From Candidatus Melainabacteria bacterium (GTDB lineage: Bacteria > Cyanobacteriota > Vampirovibrionia > 2-02-FULL-35-15), in assembly GCA_023250195.1 (NCBI GenBank), contig JAHFBF010000004.1, positions 5,675 to 69,674 of the forward strand: a stretch of DNA of 64,000 nucleotides, read 5' to 3'. The position numbers and the translations under genes were made by a program. Shown here in pieces: positions 19,405 to 29,061 of the stretch; position 1 is the stretch's first letter, and the number at the start of each line of letters is the position of its first letter. The notes beneath the pieces were generated by a model. It saw only the letters and a program-made list of their open reading frames with translations. It made no database searches and was not told the origin of the DNA.

Positions 19405-19764
19405 TTACAATTCATCCCGCTTAATCTTTTCAAGCAATTCAGTAATCCTGTTTCCACGCTCTAATGAATCATCCAGGGCAAAAGTAAGTTCCGGAGCAAA
19501 TCTTATTCCTAATCTTCGACAAATTTCTCCCCTTAAGAAACCGGCAGCACTCTCAAGCGCAGCAAGAGTACCAACTCTCTGAGCCTCTTCTCCATAAACA
19601 CTAAAATAAACCTTTACATTACGCAAATCACCGGACACTTCAACATCAGTTATAGATACTAATCCACCAATTCTGTCATCCTTAATTTCATTTCTTTGAA
19701 TTATTTCGGAAAGCTCTCTTTTGATTTGTTGACTGATTCTGTCAGAACGATTATATGATTTCAT
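19405..19764 (-). CDS. rbfA: ribosome-binding factor A
   Basis: RISQQIKRELSEII...VSITDVEVSGDLRNVKVYFSVYG is RbfA-typical. Confidence 0.9.
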   Translation of the reverse strand: MKSYNRSDRISQQIKRELSEIIQRNEIKDDRIGGLVSITDVEVSGDLRNVKVYFSVYGEEAQRVGTLAALESAAGFLRGEICRRLGIRFAPELTFALDDSLERGNRITELLEKIKRDEL

Positions 19765-19789
19765 TTTTAAATCCTCTTCAATATTCTAT

Positions 19790-19896
19790 GTCATTCTGAA
19801 TCCATTCACTTTGCTCAGGATAAACTCCGTGAAGAATCTCTGTTGACTGATAACATTTGGCTGAGATTCTTCGTCATTACATTCCTCAGAATGACA
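19790..19896. repeat. MITE-like repeat family B (GTCATTCTGA...TCAGAATGAC with an internal GAAGAATCTC/GAGATTCTTC inverted repeat)
   Basis: Seen in the sequence. Sister copies lie at 27109, 32628 and 62835. Confidence 0.65.
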
Positions 19897-19903
19897 TAAT
19901 CAT

Positions 19904-22414
19904 CTAATCCAAACTCGTTCTCTCCTTTTCAATAATAGTGGAACACTCAATTTGATCTCCTTCTTCAAGAGCTTGAAACTGATCAAATGAAATACCGCAT
20001 TCAAACCCGGTCTGAACTTCACGAGCATCGTCCTTAAATCGTTTTAAACCATCAACCTTTCCTTCAAAAACAATTTTTCCACCACGTTTAACTTTTGCAA
20101 TCTGGTTTCTCTGTATTTTTCCTTCTATCACATAACAACCGGCTATTTTACTTCCTTTTCCATAAGTAAATATTTTACGTACTTCAGCAACACCAAGCTT
20201 AACTTCTTCTCTTTCTGGTTCAAGTAAACCTAAAACAGCTTTTTCCAGATCCTCGGTTATTTTATAAATGATTTCATAAAGCCTTATATCAACACCCTGA
20301 TCTACAGCAGCTTTTTGAGCATTTGCATCTGCACTTACATGAAATCCAATAACAATTGCATTTGTGCTTGCTGCAAGATTAATATCGTTTTCAGAAATAT
20401 TGCCACTGCCTACATGTACTGGTCTTACAAGAACATCTTTTGTAGAAAGATTTACTATTTCTTTAGCCACTGCTTCTGCAGAACCATGTACATCTGCTTT
20501 TAGAATAATTTTTAGCTCATGAACCTGACCTTCTCTAACCTTTGAAGCAAAATCCATCAGACCAAAAGTTCTGTGCTTTTCCTGCTCTTTTAATAATCTC
20601 TGGCTGGCAACTTCTTTTGCTTCCTGATAAGTCTTATAAACTTGAAAAGTATCTCCTGCATTTGGAACATCCGGTAACCCAATAATTTCTACAGGCATTG
20701 ATGGTGGAGCTTCATCTACTTCCTTGCCATGATCATCAAACATTGCTCTTACACGTCCTGCCACTTTCCCTGCAACCAGGCAGTCTCCTTTTTTTAAAGT
20801 CCCATTTTGTACTAAAAGATGGGCAATAGGTCCTCTTTCTTTTGAAAGCTGTGCTTCAATAACTGCTCCTGCTGCAATTGTATTTGGATTTGCTCGAAGT
20901 TTACTTGTAAGCTCTGCATCAGCTACAAGAGTAATTTTTGTTAAAAGATCATCCAGATTTAATCTTTTCTTTGCGCTGATTTTTGAGCAAACGGTTTTAC
21001 CTCCATAATCTTCAACTAAAAGATCATGCTCAGTTAATTGTCCAAGAACTTTATCTGGCTGAGCTTCAGGCTTATCAATCTTATTTAATGCAATTACAAT
21101 AGGTACACCGGCAGCTTTTGCATGATTAATAGCTTCAAGTGTCTGCGGCATAACACCATCATCAGCAGCTACAACAAGAATAGCAATATCTGTAACCTGA
21201 GCACCACGTGCTCTCATTGCAGTAAATGCTTCGTGACCAGGAGTATCCAAGAATGTTATTTCCCTTTTTCTTCCATCATAATCTAAAATTTCAACCTGAT
21301 ATGCTCCAATGTGCTGAGTAATGCCACCTGATTCCTGCTCTGTGATTTTAAACTTTGTTTCCCTAATAGCATCAAGCAAAGATGTCTTGCCATGATCAAC
21401 GTGACCCATAATAGTTACAACAGGAGGTCTTGGCATTAAATCTGCCTCAGCTTCAAGTGAAATATCTGCCTGTAAATTTTTTCCTTCTTTTTCTTCTACT
21501 TCTGTAAGAACTTCGTAGCCAAGAGATTTTGCACACTCTACAGCTACTTCAAATTCAACGGTCTGATTTAATGTTTTTATTACTCCTTTTGCAAATAAGT
21601 TTTTCACTACTTCAGTTTCCGGTAAAAGCAATCGGACTGCAAGTTCTTTTACTGTTAGTGCCTGAGATATAACTACTGTAGCCGGTTTAGCTATGGTAGT
21701 AACTACTTCAGGTTCTTTTTCTCTCTTTCCTTTTTGTTGAGATGTTCTGCTTGAAGGTCTTTTGGTCCTGCCCATCATCGATGGGACCATTGTTGGTTTT
21801 GCAACGCGGAATGGCTGAATTGGTAAGCTTGTAAGGGATTCCTGTCTTCTTTGTTCAGTGTGTTTTTTTATAGTCGGTGAAGCTGGTTTTGGTTCATCTT
21901 TCTTTGGTAATATACGTGGAACTACAGACTGGCTGATTATAGGTTCTGGTTTAACAATTTTAACCAGACTGGAGTCGGTAGCTTGAGATGGTTTATTTTC
22001 CTGCAATTCACCAGGGGCTGATTCTGGTGGCTTTTCATCTGTAATCGCAGCCGGCTTAATTCTTCTTATGATTTTTAATTGTTTTTTAACGGGTAGAACT
22101 GGCTCCTGAACTGCTTCGAGCTCTTTGGAGGCTTTAGTCTTAGTTTTTTTTTCCTGTGGATGTTCTTTAAGTTCACGAGCTATATTTTCAACACTTATAT
22201 TAATACCTCTTCTCTGCAAAGCAGTTACAATTTTTTCAATTAAAGTATCATCTATAGAACTGGATGCACTTTTTATGTGATAGCCAAGATCCTCGCATAT
22301 AGAAATGATTTGTTTGGTTAAATCAGTCTGTTTCTGTTTGCGGATCTTTTGATCCGGCTCATCTGATGTAACAATCCGAGTAATATCATAAATACGGGCT
22401 TTCGTGATGGTCAT
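19904..22414 (-). CDS. infB: translation initiation factor IF-2
   Basis: The G-domain GHVDHGKTSLLD, DTPGHEAF and NKID, and a long low-complexity N-terminus. Confidence 0.95.
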   Translation of the reverse strand: MTITKARIYDITRIVTSDEPDQKIRKQKQTDLTKQIISICEDLGYHIKSASSSIDDTLIEKIVTALQRRGINISVENIARELKEHPQEKKTKTKASKELEAVQEPVLPVKKQLKIIRRIKPAAITDEKPPESAPGELQENKPSQATDSSLVKIVKPEPIISQSVVPRILPKKDEPKPASPTIKKHTEQRRQESLTSLPIQPFRVAKPTMVPSMMGRTKRPSSRTSQQKGKREKEPEVVTTIAKPATVVISQALTVKELAVRLLLPETEVVKNLFAKGVIKTLNQTVEFEVAVECAKSLGYEVLTEVEEKEGKNLQADISLEAEADLMPRPPVVTIMGHVDHGKTSLLDAIRETKFKITEQESGGITQHIGAYQVEILDYDGRKREITFLDTPGHEAFTAMRARGAQVTDIAILVVAADDGVMPQTLEAINHAKAAGVPIVIALNKIDKPEAQPDKVLGQLTEHDLLVEDYGGKTVCSKISAKKRLNLDDLLTKITLVADAELTSKLRANPNTIAAGAVIEAQLSKERGPIAHLLVQNGTLKKGDCLVAGKVAGRVRAMFDDHGKEVDEAPPSMPVEIIGLPDVPNAGDTFQVYKTYQEAKEVASQRLLKEQEKHRTFGLMDFASKVREGQVHELKIILKADVHGSAEAVAKEIVNLSTKDVLVRPVHVGSGNISENDINLAASTNAIVIGFHVSADANAQKAAVDQGVDIRLYEIIYKITEDLEKAVLGLLEPEREEVKLGVAEVRKIFTYGKGSKIAGCYVIEGKIQRNQIAKVKRGGKIVFEGKVDGLKRFKDDAREVQTGFECGISFDQFQALEEGDQIECSTIIEKERTSLD

Positions 22415-22710
22415 TTTGCTATCACCGCCTTTCCTGTAGAAAATTCTTCCAGTTTAGGAATAATTGTTTCTAAACCACTTAATGAAACCCTAAGCATTTT
22501 TGGAATCTTTTTTTCTTTTATTGCCAGGTTTATACAACTTGCTGATTTACACAGATAAACTGATCGACCAAACTGAAGTCTGCTTGGATTTAAAACTACT
22601 TCACAAGAAGCAGAAATCGGACTTGGGACTTTAGTTAAACGAAGAAATCCATCTCGTGATAACTGATTCCGACATGAAATGCATTGTCTTATTGGAAGTT
22701 TTTTATTAAT
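22411..22710 (-). CDS. ylxR: YlxR/DUF448-family RNA-binding protein, apparent AUU start
   Basis: Hand translation gives (I)NKKLPIRQCISCRNQLSRDGFLRLTKV...GRSVYLCKSASC, matching the YlxR RxCxxCR...GRGxYxC pattern. There is no in-frame ATG/GTG/TTG. ATT at 22710-22708 sits 6 nt after the AAGGAGGG in the nusA 3' end. The stop overlaps the infB start (ATGA). Absent from the ORF track. Confidence 0.5.
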   Translation of the reverse strand: MNKKLPIRQCISCRNQLSRDGFLRLTKVPSPISASCEVVLNPSRLQFGRSVYLCKSASCINLAIKEKKIPKMLRVSLSGLETIIPKLEEFSTGKAVIAK

Positions 22711-22712
22711 TT

Positions 22713-23960
22713 TTATCCCTCCTTCTCTGCTGTTTCTTTTTGTGGTTCATCTTTTATTTCTTCAGACTTTGCTTCTTCAGATTTTATTTCTTCAGAAGGA
22801 GTTTCGGTCTGCTTTTCGGTTTTTTCTTTGTCTTTTTGTTCAAGAACTACTGTAGTAGTAGCACCAACACCAAAAGGCTGACCTTTAATCTGACTTTCGC
22901 TTCTTATATCAATTTTCCACTCTGTCAGCTTTGCTGCAAGTCTGACATTCTGTCCATTTCTTCCTATTGCAAGACTAAGCTGATCATCAGGAACTATAAC
23001 CTCAGTTCTCCTGCCTGCAGGATCGTCATATAAAGCAACAGTTGTAATACGTGCCGGACTTAAAGCATTGGAAATAAAGTCGATTGGATCCGGTGACCAG
23101 CGAATCACATCAATTTTTTCATTCTTTAATTCGCTGACTACATTTTGAATTCTTGCACCTCTGCTTCCAATACAGGCACCAACAGGATCAATATCAGCAT
23201 CGTTTGAATGAACTGCAATCTTAGTTCTGTATCCTGCTTCTCGGGCAATAGCTTTTATTTCAACAGTACCATCATCAATTTCCGGTACTTCCAGTTCAAA
23301 CATTTCCCGGACAAGTTCTTCATTTGTATGAGAAACAATAACTGTAGGTATTCTTCCGGATTCTCTAAGCTCCTTCACATAGACTCTAATTCTTGAGCCT
23401 ACTTTATAGGTTTCACCCGGCAATTGTTCTCTTGGTGGAATATGTCCTTCAAAACGTCCAAGGTCTACTACAACATTTGGTTTACCATTATTCAGAATTT
23501 CAATTCTTTTAATCTGACCAGTCATCATCGTTCCCTGACGACCGACAAATTCCTGTTTAATTAAATCCTTCTCAGCTTCTCTCAAACGCTGAGTCATAAT
23601 TTGTTTTGCTGCCTGTGCTGCAATTCTTCCATACTCTGCAAAATCATCAGGGGTAACATCAAGTTCAAGAATTTCACCCAACTCTACATCCGGTAAAAGC
23701 TCTTTTGCTTCGGCAATTGCAATTTCACGGTATTCATTTGTAACTAGCTCAACGATTGTTTTAGGAGCAAATATTCCTATTTCTCCTGTAACTTCATCAA
23801 ACTGGGTATGAACCCCATCAACGTTGTGATCAGGTACTTTCCTTTTATATGCAGCAAGAATCGCATCACAAATAGCATTTATAAAAACCTGCTTTGGGAT
23901 GTTTCTTTCACTTTCAAGTTGTTCTGCTGCTTCAAGCAACTGGCTTCCTATTTTATACAT
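22713..23960 (-). CDS. nusA: transcription termination/antitermination factor NusA
   Basis: NusA N-domain, S1 and two KH domains (GACIGSRGARIQNV, LAIGRNGQNVRLAAKLT), and an acidic tail. Confidence 0.95.
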   Translation of the reverse strand: MYKIGSQLLEAAEQLESERNIPKQVFINAICDAILAAYKRKVPDHNVDGVHTQFDEVTGEIGIFAPKTIVELVTNEYREIAIAEAKELLPDVELGEILELDVTPDDFAEYGRIAAQAAKQIMTQRLREAEKDLIKQEFVGRQGTMMTGQIKRIEILNNGKPNVVVDLGRFEGHIPPREQLPGETYKVGSRIRVYVKELRESGRIPTVIVSHTNEELVREMFELEVPEIDDGTVEIKAIAREAGYRTKIAVHSNDADIDPVGACIGSRGARIQNVVSELKNEKIDVIRWSPDPIDFISNALSPARITTVALYDDPAGRRTEVIVPDDQLSLAIGRNGQNVRLAAKLTEWKIDIRSESQIKGQPFGVGATTTVVLEQKDKEKTEKQTETPSEEIKSEEAKSEEIKDEPQKETAEKEG

Positions 23961-23974
23961 AGGTCATTTTCCTC

Positions 23975-24391
23975 CTAAGATCTTACCGTTAAACCGATTT
24001 TTTCCAAAACAAATTCATGTTCTAAATTCTGTACAGTGTCTTCATCAATACCTTTACTTTGAATTTCAAGTACATATTGAAATGGTATTAAATTTGAAGA
24101 ATCTAATTCTTTCCCTACATTCCTGCTGATAATTTCACAGTCATTAGTAGAAATGGGGTGCTCATCATGCATAACTGTTAATCTTAAGTAATTTGTCTGG
24201 TTCTCACTTGTAAAAGAGATTTCAAGTAAATGAAACCCTAAACCCATTACAATTTTTTCAATCATAGGTTGAACTAAACTTATGCACTTGCTAAATTCAG
24301 CAGGATTTATTAATGGTCTATTTTTTCTATTTTTCTTTTGCTTCATTGTTCTATAACGCTTAGTGACTGCTATATTGATAATTAGAATCAT
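23975..24391 (-). CDS. rimP: ribosome maturation factor RimP
   Basis: YVLEIQSKGID matches the RimP motif YxLEVSSPGLDRPL. The position upstream of nusA supports the call. The true start is probably the internal Met (MKQKK). Confidence 0.75.
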   Translation of the reverse strand: MILIINIAVTKRYRTMKQKKNRKNRPLINPAEFSKCISLVQPMIEKIVMGLGFHLLEISFTSENQTNYLRLTVMHDEHPISTNDCEIISRNVGKELDSSNLIPFQYVLEIQSKGIDEDTVQNLEHEFVLEKIGLTVRS

Positions 24392-24868
24392 CCTCTTTAA
24401 AACTAAAAAAGCTGGAAGTTTTAAGAACTCCAGCCTAGATGGCTTTTTGATTTACGAAGTTATTATACCATCGAAAATACGTTCTATAACGCTAAAGACC
24501 CTTGGAATGCGGGTTATCTTAACGTTTTTCTTGCTAAATTAAAGCCTGTTTTAATCCATTGGTAAAAGAATAAGCCCTGAAAAAATAACGGAAAGACAGA
24601 TAAAAAAAAATCTTTAAAATTACTTTTATCCCAATTTAAAATCGTCTTAAAAGACTCGTTTTTTTTAGCCAAATAAAAAGTCAGAGGTAAAATATTATGA
24701 ATGACCTCTTTTTTTTTATGTACAAATAGCTTTTCAAACTCTTTTAAAGAAGAATAAACTTTCCTGCTGTTTAAAACAAGCAAAACGCAAAATGCTATTA
24801 AAATCCAACTGTAGAAAAGTAAAAATAGTTTTGCTATAAAATAAAGATTTATCTGCATGAAAAGATTA

Positions 24869-25435
24869 TCATAATTTTGCAATCTGATCGAATTGTAATT
24901 CAACAGGAGTGGATCTTCCAAAGATACTTACAAGAGCTTTAACAGTTTCTCTTTCTTCATTGATTTCAGTGATTTCACCAATAAAGTCTTCAAAAGGACC
25001 AGACTGAATTTTTACTGATTCACCAACAACAACATCAATAACTTTTTTACCTTCTTTTGTCTTGGTAAATACCTGGCTTTTTCTAAGTATTCTTCGTACT
25101 TCTGAAGGTGGGACAGGAAGTGGCTGCTTATTTGCACCTATGAACCTTGTTACTCCCGGAGTGTCTTTTACAATCCTCCAGGCAACATCATCCATTATCA
25201 TTTCTATTAACACATATCCCGGAAATTCTCTTTCTTTCTTTTCTACTCTTTTACCATCATGGATTTTAGTAACTTCTTTTTCAGGGACAATAACGTTAAA
25301 AATCTTATCGTCTGCATTTAAAGTTTTAATGCGCTTTTCAATATGCTCCTTGACTTTGTTTTCATGTCCTGAAGCAGTCTGGACCACATACCAACTTCTT
25401 GTTTGTACTTTTTGTGCTTGTTTTGTTTTTGGCAT
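24869..25435 (-). CDS. nusG: transcription antitermination factor NusG
   Basis: WYVVQTASGHENKVKEHIEKR, FPGYVLIEM and a C-terminal KOW domain. Confidence 0.9.
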   Translation of the reverse strand: MPKTKQAQKVQTRSWYVVQTASGHENKVKEHIEKRIKTLNADDKIFNVIVPEKEVTKIHDGKRVEKKEREFPGYVLIEMIMDDVAWRIVKDTPGVTRFIGANKQPLPVPPSEVRRILRKSQVFTKTKEGKKVIDVVVGESVKIQSGPFEDFIGEITEINEERETVKALVSIFGRSTPVELQFDQIAKL

Positions 25436-25448
25436 TGTTTAATTTATC

Positions 25449-25745
25449 CTAGAAAAGTCCACCATTAAAGAAATTAACAACGAATTCAAATACTTTATCC
25501 AATAAAAAGATTATACCCGTAAGTACAAAAACCAATAACACTACTGAAATAAACTCTCTCATCACCTGTTCTCTGGAAGGCCAGCTTATTTTGAGAAATT
25601 CAGTTCTAACCTCTTTTAAGAACTGGACAATGCTTACAGCCTTGGGCTCTTCATTGTTTTCAATCTTAGAAGGAGGATTATTATAATTTCCTAACTCTAT
25701 TTGTGTTGGTGACATACTTTTATATAGTGCTCGTGTTTTTAACAA
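25449..25745 (-). CDS. secE: preprotein translocase subunit SecE
   Basis: FLKEVRTEFLKISWPSREQV followed by a single TM helix. It sits immediately upstream of nusG. Confidence 0.7.
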   Translation of the reverse strand: MLKTRALYKSMSPTQIELGNYNNPPSKIENNEEPKAVSIVQFLKEVRTEFLKISWPSREQVMREFISVVLLVFVLTGIIFLLDKVFEFVVNFFNGGLF

Positions 25746-25939
25746 AACACTTTGCTTTTCTCGGCCTTATTGATTCGACGTTCCGGTTTGTTGGTTAGAC
25801 AAACCTACACTTTGATCCTCAAATGTTATTTGTCTAGCTTAGCCTTAGTATATTCTAATCTATATACCAGAAATTAGGAAATAAAAATAAGAAGAGCAAT
25901 GTAAATATCAAATTAGTAAAGTATAATCAAATGCGAAAT

Positions 25940-26012
25940 GCGCCCTTAGTTCAGTTGGTAGAACGTTGGTCTCCAAAACCAAATGTCGTGGGTTCAAGTC
26001 CTACAGGGCGCG
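25940..26012 (+). tRNA. tRNA-Trp (anticodon CCA)
   Basis: GCGCCCTTAGTTCAGTTGGTAGAACGTTGGTCTCCAAAACCAAATGTCGTGGGTTCAAGTCCTACAGGGCGCG has an anticodon loop CTCCAAA and a T-arm GGTTCAAGTCC. Confidence 0.85.
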
Positions 26013-26027
26013 AGTTTTTATATAGGT

Positions 26028-26093
26028 TTAGACAAGCTGAAACTTCCGTCGGTTAACTACTTACACAGGATTGGATTTGTTCACCTTAGGCCG
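26028..26093. repeat. family-A MITE-like repeat just 3' of tRNA-Trp
   Basis: tagacaagctgaaacttcc...ggatttgttcaccttaggccgaacaaatcc. Confidence 0.55.
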
Positions 26094-26103
26094 AACAAAT
26101 CCT

Positions 26104-27042
26104 TCATACTAAAATAGGTCTCTTCAATTCACTCATATCAGGAAGCTTAAAATTTACATTCTCTTCTTTCAACTTCAATATCTCAACGGGTGCACTAAGT
26201 TTATTAATCAAAGCTTCTACAAGTGTTTCAGGAGCAGAAGCTCCGGAACTTACTCCTACAATTTTTCCATAAAGTTCTTTTGGTACTTTATAAGTATATG
26301 GATCAGGCACAAGCTCTGCAGGCGTACCGGCAAGTTTAGCTACTTCCACAAGGCGGCATGAATTTGAAGAATTTTTTGATCCGATAATTAAAATATAGTC
26401 TGTAACTTTTGCCAGTTCCTTAACTGCATCCTGACGATTTTGTGTAGCATAGCAGATATCCTGGGCTCCAGGAAGTAAAACTTCTTTATATTTCCCCTTT
26501 AAGGATTCAATAATTTCTTTTGTATCATCTACTGACAATGTAGTTTGTGTAGCGATAAAAACCTTTCCAAGATCAGGCGAAAGCTTATCTACGTCTTCAA
26601 CAGATCCGACCAGAAAACAAGAATTATTCGGCAGATTACTCATAGCACCGATAACTTCCTGATGATCTTTATGTCCAATATAAATAACCTTGTAACCTTT
26701 TTTCCAGGCACCCACCATTTCAAGATGAACCTTAATTACAAGTGGACAGGTAGCATCAACTACTGCCAGATTTCTTTGGTTTGCTTCTTTAAAAACTCTT
26801 ATTTCTGATCCATGAGCAGAAAGTATTACACAGTTTCCATCAGGTACTTCATTTAACTCATCTACGAAAATCACTCCACGGGATTCAAAATCTTTTTTTA
26901 TATGTTCATTATGGACTATTTCATGCCTTACATAAATTGGCGAACCGAGCTTTTCCAAGGCAAGATTTACAATATCAATTGCTCTTATTACCCCGGCACA
27001 AAAGCCTCTTAGAGATGCTAAAACGATTTTTGTGACCATCAA
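26104..27042 (-). CDS. ispH: 4-hydroxy-3-methylbut-2-enyl diphosphate reductase
   Basis: ASLRGFCAGVIRAIDIV N-terminus, conserved Cys ligands and the LytB fold. Confidence 0.9.
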   Translation of the reverse strand: MMVTKIVLASLRGFCAGVIRAIDIVNLALEKLGSPIYVRHEIVHNEHIKKDFESRGVIFVDELNEVPDGNCVILSAHGSEIRVFKEANQRNLAVVDATCPLVIKVHLEMVGAWKKGYKVIYIGHKDHQEVIGAMSNLPNNSCFLVGSVEDVDKLSPDLGKVFIATQTTLSVDDTKEIIESLKGKYKEVLLPGAQDICYATQNRQDAVKELAKVTDYILIIGSKNSSNSCRLVEVAKLAGTPAELVPDPYTYKVPKELYGKIVGVSSGASAPETLVEALINKLSAPVEILKLKEENVNFKLPDMSELKRPILV

Positions 27043-27108
27043 GTTTACCTTCGTCGTGATATTTTAACATTAAATGGGTCTGTAAAAGATTCGAGGATAA
27101 AGCCTCTT

Positions 27109-27184
27109 GTCATTCTGAATGAAATGAAGAATCTCATTAGGTGATAGCAGTTTTGTGAGATTCTTCGCTGATGCTCAGAATGAC
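27109..27184. repeat. family-B MITE-like repeat
   Basis: gtcattctgaatgaaatgaagaatctc...gagattcttcgctgatgctcagaatgac. Confidence 0.65.
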
Positions 27185-27230
27185 ATCTTCGAATTCTTTT
27201 CACCCCCCCATAACGCAATAAGTTATTATC

Positions 27231-27268
27231 CAGGGACAGGTTTGCATTTATAGCAAACCTGTCCCTGG
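27231..27268. repeat. perfect 15-bp-stem hairpin CCAGGGACAGGTTTGCatttatagcGCAAACCTGTCCCTGG
   Basis: Seen in the sequence. It lies downstream of ispH on the minus strand. Confidence 0.55.
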
Positions 27269-27492
27269 TTATGAGCTGCATAGAAACAGCGAAATAATCT
27301 GCGTAGCAGTTATTTCGCGTTTTAGAAAGTTCCCATTTGTTAGGGAGAATTTACCTTGGATTAGTTGAGTTTTTAACCATTTTCGCTCTAGAAATAAATA
27401 ACTTTATAAACATGCTTGCATTGTTTTTTATGATGATATACTACTTCTTTGTAAAAAAGTTCTTTTCGGTAAGACTTTATAAGGAGTAAAAT

Positions 27493-27891
27493 ATGAAGAA
27501 GAATTTGTTTTTATTTTTACTAGTTGTTAGCTTCTTGTTTCCAATGACCACAATACAAGCTAAAGCTGATGGCGAACATGTCCTTAAACAAACTACAGGG
27601 GTTGTTTTAGGAGTTGGGATAGGACCAGTTGTCGGTGCAATGAGAGGCTTTGTAAAAGGCTGGCTTTGGGGCACAGATGCAACTGCTGAAGCACTTGGAA
27701 ATAAAGATGGTACCCCACATAAAATAATTGGATTTGCAACTGGTGGTGTACTTGGTGCAGCAGCTGGTGGAGTATCAGGCGTATTAATGGGTGCATATGA
27801 TGGCATCAAATACGGCTGGGACAAACCATGGTCAGCAGAAAACTTTAGCTGGGCAGGTAAGTTTACTGATTATGATCCATTCAAATGGTAA
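27493..27891 (+). CDS. secreted glycine-zipper (GxxxG-rich) small protein
   Basis: RBS ataaggagtaaaatATG; signal peptide; GVVLGVGIGPVVGAMRG...GFATGGVLGAAAGGVSGVLMGAYDG. Confidence 0.5.
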   Translation: MKKNLFLFLLVVSFLFPMTTIQAKADGEHVLKQTTGVVLGVGIGPVVGAMRGFVKGWLWGTDATAEALGNKDGTPHKIIGFATGGVLGAAAGGVSGVLMGAYDGIKYGWDKPWSAENFSWAGKFTDYDPFKW

Positions 27892-27949
27892 TAATTAGGG
27901 GTAGGTTTCAAACCTGCTTCTACTAGTAAATAAGAACTAAAGAAAAAAA

Positions 27950-27977
27950 AGCAAGCTGAAAGGCTTGCTTTTTTTAT
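27950..27977 (+). terminator. rho-independent terminator
   Basis: aagcaagcTGAAAGGcttgcttttttt has a GC-containing stem followed by a T-run. Confidence 0.7.
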
Positions 27978-27985
27978 TGCACCCG

Positions 27986-28040
27986 AGAAAAAAACTCTGT
28001 GAGCTTTGTTCCAGAGATAGTTGATTTGAAGTGAGGCTTT
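27986..28040. repeat. about 55-bp dispersed repeat (second copy at 56228-56275)
   Basis: aaaaactctgtgagcttgYtccagagatagttgatttgaagKgagg appears at both loci. Confidence 0.55.
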
Positions 28041-28184
28041 TAGAAGATCATCTTTCTATTATAGGATAATGATCTCGGATTTATATCTCTTGAGCAATTT
28101 AAAGGGTTTAAGATTTTTTAAAAAGACCGAATATATAGTTTAGACAGAAGGCTAATAATTAAAAATAAGTGTGGAGGTTTTTTT

Positions 28185-28784
28185 ATGATAAGAAATTCAA
28201 TTTTTTTAATTGCTGTTATATCTTTACTTGTTCTGTATTCATCTAAAGACATTGCTGCTCAAGCAGCAGCCACTGTTCCTGTCAACGTTACTGTAAATGG
28301 AGCTTTGGTTATAACAGATGCTTCAAATGATTCAATGGCGGGTGCAAATCCAACTATAAATGTCAATTTATCAGTTACTCCTGATCTTGGTGCAGCTACT
28401 GTTACTGGTCAAGCAAACTTCAGAGTCCGTACAAATAGAAATGCATGGAGACTTACAGCTCAAAGGACTGTCTCTAATGCCGGTGGCACTGGACTTGCAG
28501 ATACAGACGTATCCTTAACGGTTGCAAAATCCGCTGGCTCAACAGGAAATGCAAATGCAGGAGCACTGGTGGCACCATTTACAGCCTCGACTACCTTGAA
28601 TAGTATTCCAACTGCAACCAGTGTAGATGTAGTAAGTGGAACTGCAAAAACATCAACTGCAAAAGATGGTGCAAACACAAATAATTATTTTCAGGTAAAC
28701 ACAACCTATGGAGTAGCACCAGACTTTTTCTACACACCGGGTACGTATAGTACAACAATTACATATAATTTAGTCTCACCATAG
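28185..28784 (+). CDS. secreted pilin-like protein, paralog 1 of 5 (putative fibre subunit)
   Basis: Signal peptide. Conserved blocks ATVPVNVTVNG.LVI.DA.ND, NFRVRTNRN.WRLTAQRT and C-terminal PDFFY.PGTYSTTITYNLVSP, the last resembling the G-Y-x-T-h-T-V terminal beta-strand of Csu/spore-coat-U-type pilins. Confidence 0.5.
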   Translation: MIRNSIFLIAVISLLVLYSSKDIAAQAAATVPVNVTVNGALVITDASNDSMAGANPTINVNLSVTPDLGAATVTGQANFRVRTNRNAWRLTAQRTVSNAGGTGLADTDVSLTVAKSAGSTGNANAGALVAPFTASTTLNSIPTATSVDVVSGTAKTSTAKDGANTNNYFQVNTTYGVAPDFFYTPGTYSTTITYNLVSP

Positions 28785-28865
28785 AAATAAATTCCTATTT
28801 ACTATCATTTTAGATCTCCGAAGTATTAAGACAGGAGCAAATCATCATAAGATTGGAGGTCTGAA

Positions 28866-28895
28866 ATGAAGATGATTGTTTTTCTATGGCTAGGA
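28866..28895 (+). promoter_or_regulatory. conserved motif copy 1 (GAAGATGATTGTTTTTCTATGGCTAGGAAA), possible leader peptide or regulatory site
   Basis: It is preceded by GGAGG at 7-nt spacing and could encode MKMIVFLWLGNN. Copies occur at 31909-31937 (direct) and 33664-33688 (inverted). Confidence 0.4.
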
Positions 28896-29061
28896 AACAA
28901 TTAATATCCACCCAGGATTTGCTCCTTGCTTTTAAGTTCAGGTGTTATTCCTAAATAAAAGAGTTTAGTACTAATATCCCTTTTTGTTTTAAAAATCTTT
29001 TTTAATAAGAAATCTGTGGAATGTAATTAAAGATCAGGTAACTGTTTCTAATTATTTTCCT

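Noticed and set aside
24514-24921. 135-aa hydrophobic ORF
   Set aside because: It is AT-rich, overlaps the nusG 3' end by about 50 nt, and its upstream part covers a repeat. There is no RBS, so it is probably spurious and was left out of the feature list.
27477-27824. Minus-strand ORFs 27477..27824 and 27593..27796
   Set aside because: They lie antisense to the glycine-zipper secreted protein gene. They are Pro/Ala-rich frames produced by reading the Gly-codon-rich strand.
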